A DNA stretch of 64,000 nt from Heptranchias perlo. Its lineage: Eukaryota. The position numbers were made by a program, and so were the translations under genes. Location of the stretch: NCBI RefSeq assembly GCF_035084215.1, contig NC_090353.1:14942001-15006000 (forward strand). Reading direction: 5' to 3'. A model generated the notes under the pieces. It was not told where the DNA came from. It saw nothing but the letters and a program-made list of their open reading frames with translations, and did no database searches. This document shows positions 12,018 through 23,483 of the stretch, in pieces (positions within the stretch are counted from its first letter, which is position 1; the number at the start of each line of letters is the position of its first letter).

Positions 12018-12859
12018 TTAAAATAAAATTGCTGGACTATAACTTGGTGTTGTAAAATTGTTTACAATTGTCAACCCCAGTCCATCACCGGCATCTCCAC
12101 ATCATGTTTACCAATAAAGACATCGTGGCAGCAGTGCTCAGCCATGAATAAAGTGAAATGGAATTAAATTACCAAAGTGCTGTTGTAGAATTATATGGTT
12201 AAATGGTGCTCCCCAGCTCGGAGCCTCACCTGCTGGGAGCAAACCTCAGGAAATTGTGAGCAAAACCTTGGGCTGCATGAGTGGAGTTTCCAGATACACA
12301 CTCCCGGTGGGCGCGGCTCCGTGACGGGAACACGCCATTGAGAAATTTACCCTCGCGTTATTCCTAAACCATGAGCACTTCTCCTGGATCCATTTTCTGA
12401 CTCTGTCTCGTAATACTATTTAGGGCCGTGATAAAGGTTAAAGATTTGCTTAAGCGAGTTTAAGATTTTCAATTTGCTTTTTCAAATTAGCCTGTCTCCT
12501 TATTATGATTATCTTGCCATGTGCCTACCCTAACACATATATATAAAACTGAGGGAGATTACAGTTCGAAGAAAGAGAAGTTAATTTTTCCTATTTTTTA
12601 TGTGGCAGTGGACTGTTTTTTTGAAAAACCTGCCTTGGTGTTTGTTTTATTTCTCTGTGTGTTTCTCCCCCCACCCCCCAATTCCCAAAGGCCCTGACTC
12701 TCAATGGGAAATGGTTTCCAAAGACTTCCGGTACCTCACCCAAGGGGCCACTCCATAGTGAGTATAGAGGCAATTTGACTGTGAAGAGGCATCACAGCCG
12801 AGACGGATCCTGTCCCCACCAGATTTCCACACAGACACAATTCCCACTGGGACGACGGG

Positions 12860-13140
12860 ACAGACAAAATCTCTGAACGTGCTTTTGAAGTGCATTAACT
12901 ATTGTTATGTTGAAATACACAGCAGCCATTCTGCAGCAACAGCACCCCACAAACAGCAATCAGATGAATGGCCAGTTAATCTGATTTTGGTTCGTTGAAA
13001 GAGAAATGTTGGCCAGAACACCGGGAAAACTCCCTCCTCATCTTAAAGTAGAACAAGGGGATCCTTAATGTCCAAAGTAGCAGGCAGATGGGACCTTGGC
13101 TTCTAGTCTCATCCAAAGTGTCGGCCTAGGTTACACGTTG
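12860..13140 (-). mobile_element. DeuSINE fragment
   Basis: cttttgaagtg...cccacaaacagcaat...ggccagaacaccgggaaaactccc. Confidence 0.7.
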
Positions 13141-13284
13141 AAAGTGTGGGGTGATCTTAAGAGCAGGGATCAGGTTCGTACCCTTGATTCTTTGCGTGAT
13201 GTGGAGATGCCGGTGATGGACTGGGGTTGACAATTGTAAACAATTTTACAACACCAAGTTATAGTCCAGCAATTTTATTTTAAA

Positions 13285-13323
13285 TTCACAAGCTTTCGGA
13301 GGCTACCTCCTTCCTCAGGTGAA
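13285..13323 (-). ncRNA. Minimal type-I hammerhead motif, minus strand
   Basis: Exact reverse complement of 13329-13367. Confidence 0.8.
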
Positions 13324-13328
13324 CGATG

Positions 13329-13367
13329 TTCACCTGAGGAAGGAGGTAGCCTCCGAAAGCTTGTGAA
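13329..13367 (+). ncRNA. Minimal type-I hammerhead motif, plus strand
   Basis: UUCAC-CUGAGGA-A-GGAGG(UAG)CCUCC-GAAA-GCUU-GUGAA. Confidence 0.8.
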
Positions 13368-13697
13368 TTTAAAATAAAATTGCTGGACTATAACTTGGTG
13401 TTGTAAAATTGTTTACAATTGATTCTTTGCGTTTAGCTGATCTAAGCTGAAGCAGCATAAGAGTGCTACATTAACCTCAGTGCCCCTGAGTGCCCCTACT
13501 TCCAATTGTTAACCAGTGACCCCTGCTGGAAATTATGTGTGGACGTCAGGTGAATACAGGATTGAGCTTGGTTGCGATGCCTTTAACTGAATAGCCACAT
13601 CGCACTCACTGTGAAGCCTCATATATGGGGGATGGGCAGTTGCAGAAGGTACCAGAATGCAACTGCGCCCATGGAAAAGTCAACACCTTCAGGAGAG

Positions 13698-13832
13698 GAT
13701 GTGGAGATGCCGGTGATGGACTGGGGTTGACAATTGTAAACAATTTTACAACACCAAGTTATAGTCCAGCAATTTTATTTTAAATTCACAAGCTTTCGGA
13801 GGCTTCCTCCTTCGTCAGGTGAACAATGTGAA
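13698..13832 (-). mobile_element. PLE 3'-end mini insertion (subfamily A), not folded back
   Basis: Same tail and pLTR sequence; TSD aggagagga at 13691-13699 and 13833-13841. Confidence 0.9.
13785..13823 (-). ncRNA. Minimal type-I hammerhead motif, minus strand
   Basis: UUCAC-CUGACGA-A-GGAGG(AAG)CCUCC-GAAA-GCUU-GUGAA. Confidence 0.8.
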
Positions 13833-13979
13833 AGGAGAGGAGGGGCGGGGACATGAGAAAATTAGAGGGGGGGATCGCAGCTTCCTTTTTTTGGTCACCG
13901 CCCACCTTCGCTGGCTGGAGATGGTCTGTGTGAGACTGAGTGGAAAAACTGCAACCAGAAAAAGTGGCAGAAGAGCTGA

Positions 13980-14770
13980 GGGGGGAATTTTAACTCCCTC
14001 TGCCTGGTTTCCGTCAGGTGTTAAAATCAAGTGGCTATAATTGCTGCTCCATTCTTGGTGCCTCTGATGGTGTCCGTGGCTCCGATGAGCCTGTCTCACA
14101 GGAAGTGCAAACACCACCGTCCGGTCCATATTGGCCTCATTCAAATAGAACCAGCGAGCTGCCCGCCGCAAACGGGCATCCTGATACAGTTCGCTGGTTT
14201 CGAGGCCGGTACGATATTGGACCGCCCAGAGGCCACCCGGCTGGCAGTGGAAAAAGTCCTGGAGAGGGGTCGCTATCGCGGGGAGTGGGTGCCCAGAACG
14301 ACAGCAGCCCAGATTATTTTGGGGGGGCCCGGAGGAGCGCCCGGCCCCATAAAAATAATTTAAAACTTACCTTTATTGGCTCTCTTCGGCTGCACCATCA
14401 GTGAAACTGGTCGGAGAGGGCATGGCACAGACTCCGACTAGTTCTGACCTAAAATAGCAATCGGGGTCCTATTGGCGCTACTTTTCGTATTAAAGGGGCC
14501 TACTGTCTGAAATAGGCAGGCACTTCAGCCGCCCGCCGTCAGTGCAATAAGTCTTCCCACACCGTTTTGAGGCCGTTGCCACTTTGTTAATGCCGATTTA
14601 GGCCAAATGAAAACCGGCCTCAACCATCCTTATTCTTTGGACCCCCAACAGGCCCATTAGCGCCTGGGGAGATACTGCAAGTAAAAATGAGGCAAGCGGC
14701 ACTCAATAGGTCCTGGGTCTCCATTTGAGTCCAGCACTTGCGGGGTCTCACCGACCACATAAAATCTACA
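13980..14770. mobile_element. Possible non-autonomous DNA transposon (CpG-rich)
   Basis: Abrupt CpG-rich block starting gggggaattttaac; composition like 5150-6315; right TIR not convincingly seen. Confidence 0.3.
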
Positions 14771-15394
14771 TACACATTTCAAACCGAACTTTGAGGATTA
14801 ATTCAGTGAAAAACAATGGGGCTGTCCGAGCCGGGAAAGCAGCATCCTGTCCCAGCCGGGAACACAGCTGGACAAGACTTGTGTGTTCATTAGAGCTGCT
14901 GTTGTGATCAATGGAGGAGAAATAGCAAAACATGAGCTGACGCCCGCAGGCCTCTCGAACAATGAATGGTGAAATCAACCCTTTCGGGAGGGAGAGAAAC
15001 GCATCCTGTTTATTAATAAAGCCTTAATGCCCATGGGTGTGTTATGGAAACATTATTGTGAAACCTAAAGGAGAGGCCCAAAGCTGACAGAATCAAGACT
15101 GAAAAGAAGAGAGGCCAAGATCTGGAATTTTGAGTGGACAAAAGGAATGTGCTAGGCCTGGTTGGGGAGTAGATTGGTTACAAGGAGAGGTACAGACTGC
15201 GATGCTCAAATACTCCATGGGACATGGTGGTTCTGTTGGAGGCTCAGGGAGAGGGGAGCGGGTATCTGTGGAAGGCAGCAGGCCAGGGTTAAATAATGGA
15301 GATGTGAGGAAGGATGAATCCTCGGGTGTTTTGTTTGATTACCTTTGGAGTCGGGAAGTACTTAAATAGAACTTTCTCATAGGAGAGTAAGTGG

Positions 15395-15735
15395 GTGGGT
15401 AGAGTCCATGATAGAGTAGGTAGTACATGGGCTGTGGAAGGAGATTAAATGATTGGCTAGAGTCCATGATAGATATCCATGATAGTTCAAGAAGGCGGCT
15501 CACCACCGTCTTCTCAAGGGCAATTAGGGATGGGCAATAAATGCCGGCCTTGCCAGCAATGCCCACATCCCATGAATGAATAAAAAAAAATGATATAGTA
15601 GATAGTACATGGGCTATGGAAGGAGATTAAATGGGTGGATAGAGTCCATGATAGACTAGATAGTACATGGGCCATGGAAGGAGGTTAAATGGTGGGTGGA
15701 GTCCATGATATAGTACATGGGTTGTGGAAGATGAA
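15395..15735. repeat. Degenerate ~58-bp tandem repeat (about 4 units) interrupted by a LINE 3' tail at 15485-15590
   Basis: Recurring gagtccatgatag...tagtacatgggc(t/c)(g/a)tggaaggag(a/g)ttaaatg; the insert matches the 3' end of the element at 56735-57360 and ends in poly-A. Confidence 0.8.
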
Positions 15736-17154
15736 CCAAATGGACTTTCCTCGTTCCACACTTTGTTCTGTTCTAACTCTGAAGTCCCACATAGCCACAC
15801 ATAGTCAGGGAGGCTGAGAACCCTTCATTATTTTTCCATCATAATGTCCATTGTGTCTGGTCCTCTGACCACAGGAGTCAATCTGTCTCTGAGAAGTGCT
15901 ACGAGACCCCGGGTTTACACTGCCTTTCAGAGACTTGAACCCCAAGAACTAAAAAATGCAGAAAATCTCACCTCCAGACTGCAGCATACTTCTATCAACT
16001 CAAAAATCATGTAACCCAGACCTACTGATCAGGCACCACTTATTATGTGCTGTAGTAATGGAGGCAGTATTTACCCACACTCTTTAGCAAGAGTGAACTA
16101 ATCCTATAATCACTGCAAGTTCTGGATTGGTTTCATTCTTGCTGAGCACCATGGGTCAGCTCTGCCTCCATTAGTTTGAATTAATTCTTCTCTCAACTCA
16201 ATGCAGTGGTGGAAGTGAACCCTGGAGTGTAGGTTATTTAAGAGCCATAAAGACGTTCCAGAACTTGAGTGCAACTTAGAAAGTGCGCATGCGTGGCTGT
16301 TTGGTGAGGATATCATTTTTGTCGGCGTGTGATGCCCCCCATGGTCGAATGGCCTGCCTTTCTCTCTTAGCTCACGCATAAAGAATGGACACATGGGTGT
16401 GATACCAAAGGGCTGCCGTTTCCCAAGGTATTGCAGCATCTTCAGGAAAACAGCGGAGAAAAGGGAGAGGGACAAATAAATGGAGTGTAAACAATCCCAC
16501 ACATGAATCATTATGTTTACTTTGTGTGTGTGTGAATGAACTACAAAATTACAGCACATTATGTTTGAACACACGTACAATGCTTGAATAATCTCATTTT
16601 AATTACACTAAACCAATACAAGCCATCTGCCACAACAGTGCAAAGCAAGAATTCCAACCCTGGTTTAACAGCAGCCGCCAGAACTGACAAATAAGTCACA
16701 AGGCCGTTGCACAGAGGTGACTGTGTGTGACACAGCGCAGAGCCAGTTCCCTGGGCCATGACCTGACCTCGCACTGACACGCAGGAGTACAAGGTCTGTT
16801 TGCACCAACACCTCAAAGAAAACAAAGTAAGTAACATTTCTTACAATTAAGGAAAATCCTTACCATGAAGACAAGAATGATCAAAAATCCCGAAACATGG
16901 TCTGCATGATTGGCCTGTATGAATGAGTGACCTACATGTGTCTGTTAGAACAATATAATCAGCACTCATCTCAAAGGGTCACAGTCAGTGCATTTCTACA
17001 CATGAAGAACACCCTGATGTATTTGTTTAAAGGAATTACAATTTCTTTTCTTGCCAAGTTTCTTTCTTTCCTCCCCTTGCAGGGTACAATTCCAAGGGTG
17101 CCAGTTGCCCTCTGCCACTTGCCAATGTAGCTAACGTTCATGTGTGTGCATTCA

Positions 17155-17866
17155 AAAGGGGTGCAGGAACAGGGAGATCTGGGGGTGTATGTAGACTAGT
17201 CTTTGAAGGTGGCACGACAAGTTGAGAAGGCTGTTAAAAAGGCTTACAGGAGCCTAGGCTTTATAAATAGAGGCATAGCGTACAAAGCAAGAAAGTTATA
17301 CTAAACCTTTAGAAATCATTGGTTAGGCCCCAGCTGGAGTATTGTGTCCAATTCTGGGCACCACTCTTTAGGAAGGATGTCAAGACCCTGGAGAGGGTGC
17401 AGAGGAGATTTACTAGAATGGTACCAAGGATGCAGGACATCAGTTACATGGAGAGACTAGAGAAGCTGGGGCTGTTCTCCTTAGAGCAGAGAAGGTTAAG
17501 GGGAGATTTAATAAAGGTGTTCAAAATCATGAAGGGTTTTGATAGAATAAATAAGGAGGAACTGTTTCCATGGCAGAGGACACAGATTTAAGGTAATTGG
17601 CAAAAGAACCAGAGGCAACATGAGGGAAAAAAAATTACATCGTGAGTTGTTATGATCTGGAATGCACTGCCTGAAAGGGTGGTGGAAGCAGATTCAATAA
17701 TAACTTTTAAAAGGGAATTGGATAAATACTTGAAGGTGAAAAATTTGCAGGGCTATAAGGAAAGAGCGAAGGAGTGGGATTAATTAGATAGCTCTTTTAA
17801 AGAGCCGGCACAGGCACGATGGGCCGAATGGCCTCCTTCTGTGTTGTATTATTCTATGATTCTATG
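17155..17866 (+). mobile_element. CR1-clade LINE 3' fragment, within a SINE-X copy
   Basis: [33 protein letters not shown]...[19 protein letters not shown]; attctatg tail. Confidence 0.93.
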
Positions 17867-18384
17867 TTGGGGGGGTGGGTACTTCACAGCTGGGTGCAAT
17901 CTTGCCCTCACCTAATCGGGCTCACTGAATGGTGATCAGGAGAGGCAATTCTCCCTTCCCTAACCTGAGTGCTAAGTGCAGTTGTAGCACCAATTATCTT
18001 TTTTAATCCAATCATGGACCAGTCGTGCCTCTGAAACAGTAACTCTATTTAATCACAAAGTAGCAATATACAGTTTAGAATGCAGGAGAAATGCGCTTCT
18101 GGCTGAGCAAATAATGTTTTAAACACGTTGGCCCATCTAGCCCTCCTAACAGGAAGCTCAAGTGTCAGATCACGATCTCCCAACCTCCAACCCCAACCTG
18201 CACGTGCCCGTAATTCCTGCCAATTCTTATGCTTTCTTTCACTCACCAGGTGGGAAACGCTCGCTGATCCCACAGCAAGCCGTGCAGTGAAGAGGAAAAA
18301 AGAGAGCAAATAAAAAGGTCATGGAAAATGGGGATAAGAGGAGCGAAGGCGACATTAATGCCGTTCGGCAGTGCTGTCTGGGCC

Positions 18385-18750
18385 AAGTATGGTAGTATAG
18401 TGGTTATGGTACTGGACTAGTTACCCACAGGTTGTGGGTTCATAATCCCACAATGGCAAATTGTGACATTGAATTCAACAAATCTGGTAATTTGCGATCT
18501 CGTATCCGAACATATGACCATGAAACCCAACAAGTTCACTAATCCCCTTAGAAGTGAACCTACCACCACTACCTAGTCTGGCCTACATGTAACTCCAGTT
18601 CCACACTATGTGATTGACTCTTAATGCCTTCTCTGAAGTGGTCTTAGAAGCCTCTGAGTTGTACAAACATTTGCTACCAGTGGGTTAAGAAGGCCCACCT
18701 TCTCAGAGCAACTATGGATGGGCATTGCCCACAACCTGAGAATAAACAAA
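18385..18750 (+). mobile_element. tRNA-derived SINE sharing its 3' tail with the CR1-like family at 56.7-57.4 kb
   Basis: A box tggtagtatagtgg, B box gggttcataatccc; tail aagaaggcccaccttctcagagcaactatggatgggca. Confidence 0.7.
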
Positions 18751-20296
18751 AGATTCCTCAGGCTACAAATTAAAATCTCACCCCCAGGATTTACCCAATA
18801 TTGGCAGCGAGGGATGGAACAGGTAAGGATGGAAGGCGAAAATACCAGCCACCCACTAATGGTGGGTTCTCAAAATTAAGCTGCCTGTACAGAACATGCC
18901 TCTGATGGAAAGAGCACCATTAGAGAAGCACCAGGAGGGGATTCTGGTTGCTTGGTGCAGGTGTGACAAAGACAAACAGCTGCCAGCAGCAGTGGCCAGT
19001 AAGTTGGTTTCACCATCTTGGATCTGACTACAGGGAAGCCGAGCTCCCAGTCTGCCCATACAGGCCAATAATGTGGTTTCATCATTGGTGCCTTGTACAG
19101 ATCTTCCATCTCCAATAGGGAAGGGCAGATTGCCAAGAATGTGAACTTTGAACTGACCGCACATGAGTTTACAACCTCTAAGCAAGTGCGTCAATCTTGT
19201 GCCTGTGCAGTCGTTCCCTTGCTGCTGGATCCACCCATCAGGGGCAGACTTGGCAGTGGCAGAGCTGGTTTAGTTGAGCCTGTGGTGCTCAAATGCCACA
19301 AATGCAACTTTCCCATTCTGGGCGTGGGCCCAATCTCAAGGGAAGGTCCTGCGGTCCAGCCAAGTTACAATCACTGCACCTGCCTGTATGGGCCGGCTGA
19401 CAGCTTCCCCTAAAGTGTTTGCTGTGCCTCCAGAGGCAGTACTGTTCCCAACGGCAACATAAAGAGACAGAGGCGGCCACGTTTTCTGACCATCAGTGGG
19501 CTGAGGAACTCCAGCTGTATGGGACAGTAAAACAGTCTCGTCCCATAATGGGTTAGTGCCTTCAGAAGAGGGAAGGAAAAAAAGAGAGATGAAATGGGGG
19601 AGGAGGAGATTAAAATAAAACATGTTTTTTTTTCATTACAGAGAGAAATTGAGAAGAAATGAAAGAGAGAGAGACAGAGAGTCAATGACAGTCACCGCTG
19701 TTCCAGTTTATTATAATTTGAAGCTATTTGAAGAGGAAATGAAAAGACTAAAGCAGGTCAGTTAAAATGCATTGCGGTCCTATGCTGCAGGCTGGTATCC
19801 CCTCCTGCGAAAATTGACAAACAAATATAGCCGAGCAATCATCTATGTAATGGTCACAAAAAGCAATTGGTGACACTTCGAGAGAGACAAGAAACATTCA
19901 ACGATTGTCAGCAAAAAAACAAAAGAGTTTCTTTTAACAATTTCGATTTAAAATCAATTTCAGTTTTGTCAGGTCAATAAATGGAAAAGCGCAGGTGTTC
20001 AGGTTATAGGGTCTACGTTTGCCTCGCCATCTGTCAGCTGTAACTGTGTCAATTCCATGACCCATCAATGATTCACTGGATTTCCCCAATACTTCCTCCC
20101 ATTATATTCTGTTCCTGTTGGAAATGTATTTTATTTTCCCCGGGGTCTGTCCCCCTTCAATTGGTCCGATAGGGATTGGAGCCACACTGGTAAAGAAAAA
20201 TCGTAAAGCAGCACTGGATGGTCCCATGCCTCCATGTGATTGCCGCATTCCACCCCCGCCCCCCCACAACCCACAATATCAAAGCACCCAAACATT

Positions 20297-20467
20297 GATG
20301 TGGAGATGCCGGTGATGGACTGGGGTGGACAAATGTAAGGAGTCGCACAACACCAGGTTATAGTCCAACAGCTTTATTTGAAATCACAAGCTTTCGGAGC
20401 TCCGAAAGCTTGTGATTTCAAATAAAGCTGTTGGACTATAACCTGGTGTTGTGCGATTCCTTACATT
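20297..20467 (-). mobile_element. Palindromic PLE mini insertion (subfamily B), folded inside hammerhead stem II
   Basis: Arms 20332-20399/20400-20467 (1 mismatch), centre cggag|ctccg; TSD cacccaaacatt at 20285-20296 and 20468-20479. Confidence 0.92.
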
Positions 20468-20699
20468 CACCCAAACATTCGCTGTGTTTTCTCATGTTAC
20501 GATGCAGTAAGCCCCACCTCCCCCAGACTACTTGCTTTATATCACAGTTAAATTGTTCATTTCTTTTGCTCCCAATGCCTCATTGACATTTGCAGACTTT
20601 TCTTCTTTACAACAGCTTTGTAAACTGTAAACTATCACATTACTTATGAAAACCATATCCGCTACCTGTTTTGGTGTTTCGAATAAAGTGTTAGTCCAT

Positions 20700-20822
20700 G
20701 TAATTTCCTACATTACAACAGTGACTACACTTCAAAAGTACTTAATTGGCTGTAAAGCGCATTGGGACGTCCTGAGGTTGTGAAAGGCGCTATATAAATG
20801 CAGGTTTTTTCTTTCTTCTTTC
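20700..20822 (+). mobile_element. DeuSINE/L2 3' tail
   Basis: tttcctacattacaacagtgactacacttcaaaag...aaggcgctatataaatgcag. Confidence 0.8.
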
Positions 20823-20834
20823 TCAAAACTGATA

Positions 20835-21007
20835 GGGGATAATTTTGACTTTGGGCAATAGTGTAAAATGGGTGATATCAATTCAGCCGCCCGTTATGCA
20901 TCTCTCCTGATTTTCATTTCCATCGACTTCTGTGGAAGTTGAAGTATTGAATTGGCTGAATCAATATCACCTGTTTCACACTATCACCCAAAGTCAAAAT
21001 TACTCGC
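20835..21007. mobile_element. ~170-bp MITE with long imperfect TIRs
   Basis: taattttgactttgggcaatagtgtaaaatgggtgatat versus atatcacctgtttcacactatcacccaaagtcaaaatta. Confidence 0.8.
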
Positions 21008-21469
21008 ATAGGGTTTAACTCTTTAAAGTGCTGAAAGTCAAACTTTCCTACAGCCAGCCTTTAAATAAAGGCCTGTCACAAGGGAGTGCCCATCTGTCTG
21101 TCCTTGGCCTGGGGCCAGGACTGCAACTCCTGCCAATCATTCACTCAGAAGTCCAGTTGACTTTCCAGAACTGCTAGTTCCATTTAGCAGATGGAGAGAA
21201 TAGAGCCCATTTATGATGAATTCCTTCCTCATAAGAATTATTCCTGCAGTTGGGGATTGGGAGGGGAATTCAACCAGGAACTCACTGGTTGATAAACCCA
21301 GCACTCAACCATTGGATGCACCCTTTAGATTCAGGTCTGCAGCCCTTGACAATTCCATTGGGTTTGGTTCAGTATGACCCTAGCTTTATTTGAATATTAG
21401 TCAATGTCATGTGGCATTGCACATGGGGAGTCAAGACCAAGTACAGTAGTACGGTCCAGCAGGGTTAAA

Positions 21470-21830
21470 GGGCAGCAGGGTAAGTGAACCCAGATGGGGG
21501 CAGGCAAAAGGAAGGAGGTACGAGGCAGATGGGAGAGGGAGGGGCTGAGGGCGGGGAAGAGAAAAAGGGAGGGAGATAGGAGGATAAAGTGGGAAAATAA
21601 GGAAGTGTTGTAGGATGAAGGAATTGGCCAGGGGAGAGATTGAAGGGGTAGAAGAAGGAAAGGGAAGGGGATACTGGAAGAGGGGGAGGGGGTATTCAGG
21701 ATGGGAGATGCAGATAGGGCAATGGGAGGAGAGAAAAGGAGGTGGATGAGGGAAGAAGATGTGGATGGGACAACATGAATGGGGAGGGGGACAGAGATGG
21801 AAGCGGGAGGTAGTTGAAAACTGTCCACAT
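21470..21830 (-). mobile_element. Probable old L2 fragment (purine-rich on + strand)
   Basis: Strong strand asymmetry like the L2 at 2.7-4.5 kb; no diagnostic peptide. Confidence 0.35.
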
Positions 21831-22489
21831 ATCGATCAGCATTGCAACTGTCTCAATGTTACACAGGAATCAATTTCTCACAGTGGGAATCTTTTTAATA
21901 GTAGATCAGCTTCATTAAATTAAAGTTTATTCATTTTTACAGACTACTAAAAATAACAGTAGTACAAGTGGAGTTTACCTATTCTACGTATTTATTCTAT
22001 ATAAATAGTCTATATAATATATTAACAAGAATTGTAAGTTCCAATTACCCACCCTCCTTCCCAACAGTTGCCGGTAGGAAAAGAGATAAATAAAGAAATA
22101 ACAAAGAACCACTCCCCCAGAGCCTTCAGTGTTGCCCCTTTCCTTTTATCTCTTGAGTTGACTTTCCAGCTATTCTGAGAAAAGGCCAGCAGCAACATTG
22201 AGGTTTTCAAAACATCTCCCTAGATTTGATCAACCAGCTCCCATTTCGCCTTGATGGCAATTGAGCTCTCAGCTATGCGTGGGTACAGTCAGTAATGCTC
22301 AAGGGGATTTGGGAGCAGGATGGGATGATGGACAGGAAGTTAGCCAGACAGTATATATTGCCATATTTGCACGTTTCTGACTGGACTCCCTCTCTATGAA
22401 GCAATGTTTCGCTCCACTCCAATAAATAGATAGACAGAAATATAGATTGCAAAGCTGCCAGCTGTGTAATTAAGGAGCCAGAGAAAGAA

Positions 22490-22940
22490 CTTTCCTTTAT
22501 ATTGTGCTTTACCACATCTCTCAGAAATGTCCTGTAACACTTCACATACAATGAATCACTTGGAAGTGCAGTGACTAATGTTGTGTGAGTAAACACGGAA
22601 TTTTTCACATAGTCAAACTCCATATACAGCAATAGGTTAAATTACCACTTAATCTGTTTTTGGTGGTTGGTTGAGGGAGGAATGTTGGCCAGGAAATTGG
22701 GAGAACTCCCCTGCTTGTCTTTAAATAGTGGTATTGGATCTTTACTATTCACTTGAACTGGCAAACGGGTGTCTCAGCTAATGTTACAACCAAAGAGCAG
22801 CACCTCCGGCAGAGCAGCACTCCCTCAGTAATGCACTGGACTCTCAGTCTAGATTATGTGCTTAAATTCTGGTGTGGGCCTTGAACACACAACCTTCTGA
22901 CTCAGGTGAGGGTGCCCCCAACTGAGTCCACCTGACACAG
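22490..22940 (-). mobile_element. DeuSINE copy
   Basis: agcagcacctccggcagagcagcactccctcagta...ccttgaacacacaaccttctgactcag. Confidence 0.8.
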
Positions 22941-23064
22941 AGCCCAACTCTAAGATCAAACAGTGTTAACACACGAACAGAATTGAGATCTGCGTGAGCA
23001 TGTACAACAACTGAATTAGGACAGCATGTAACAAGTGCAGTGTTAAGATAATATCATGTCTAAA

Positions 23065-23483
23065 GGAAGAAAGAATTTACATTTATATAGCGCCTTTCAC
23101 AACCACAGGCCATTGCAAAGTGCTTCACTGCCAATGAAGTACTTTTGAAGTGTTGTCACTGTTATAATGTAAGGAAATGCAATAGACAGTTTGTGCACAG
23201 CTAGGTCCCACAAATCGCAATGAGGTAAATGGCCAGATAATCTGTTTTATGTGATGTTGTTTGAGGGATAAGTATTGGCCAGGAAACCAGGAGAACCTCC
23301 CTTCGCCTCTTCAAATGGTGTCAGACAGGGCCTCAGTTTAACATCTCATCCGAAAGGCGGCACCTTCGATAGTGCAGCACTCCTTTAGTACTGCACTGAA
23401 AGGTCAGCCTAGATTATGTGCTCAAGTCTCTGAACTTTTGACTCAGAGGTGAGAATGCTACCACTAAGCCAAAGCTGACACCC
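23065..23483 (-). mobile_element. DeuSINE copy
   Basis: catttatatagcgcctttcacaacc...tctcatccgaaaggcggcacc...ctaccactaagccaaagctgacac. Confidence 0.88.

Larger units (their letters stand above)
11341..12106 (+). mobile_element. 5'-truncated Penelope-like retroelement (subfamily A): GIY-YIG endonuclease, 3' UTR/pLTR and tail
   Basis: ORF 11359..11733 SCDSANVVYLIRCRKGCPRAWYIGETMQTLRQRMNGHR...VGEHF...RKIVEQKLI...GLNRD is the PLE GIY-YIG domain with CCHH residues. Confidence 0.93.
13198..13420 (-). mobile_element. Palindromic PLE mini insertion (subfamily A); 94-bp perfect inverted arms
   Basis: Arms 13231-13324/13328-13421, loop GAT; TSD ttgattctttgcgt at 13184-13197 and 13419-13432. Confidence 0.93.
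13160..13850 (+). mobile_element. SINE-X copy carrying two PLE insertions
   Basis: B-box-like caggttcgtaccc; ttagctgatct; ccagtgacccctgctggaaa; cccatggaa...ccttcaggagagga. Confidence 0.7.

Noticed and set aside
13231-13421. pre-miRNA or TIR-type MITE
   Set aside because: The arms are the 3' end of the GIY-YIG PLE at 11.3-12.1 kb, one side has an unpaired tail, and TSD length varies (9-14 bp), fitting retrotransposition.
16110-16580. 156-aa minus-strand ORF as an exon of a neighbouring gene such as SEMA6B
   Set aside because: No recognisable domain, and part of it resembles SINE-X sequence; I found no semaphorin-like exon anywhere in the window.
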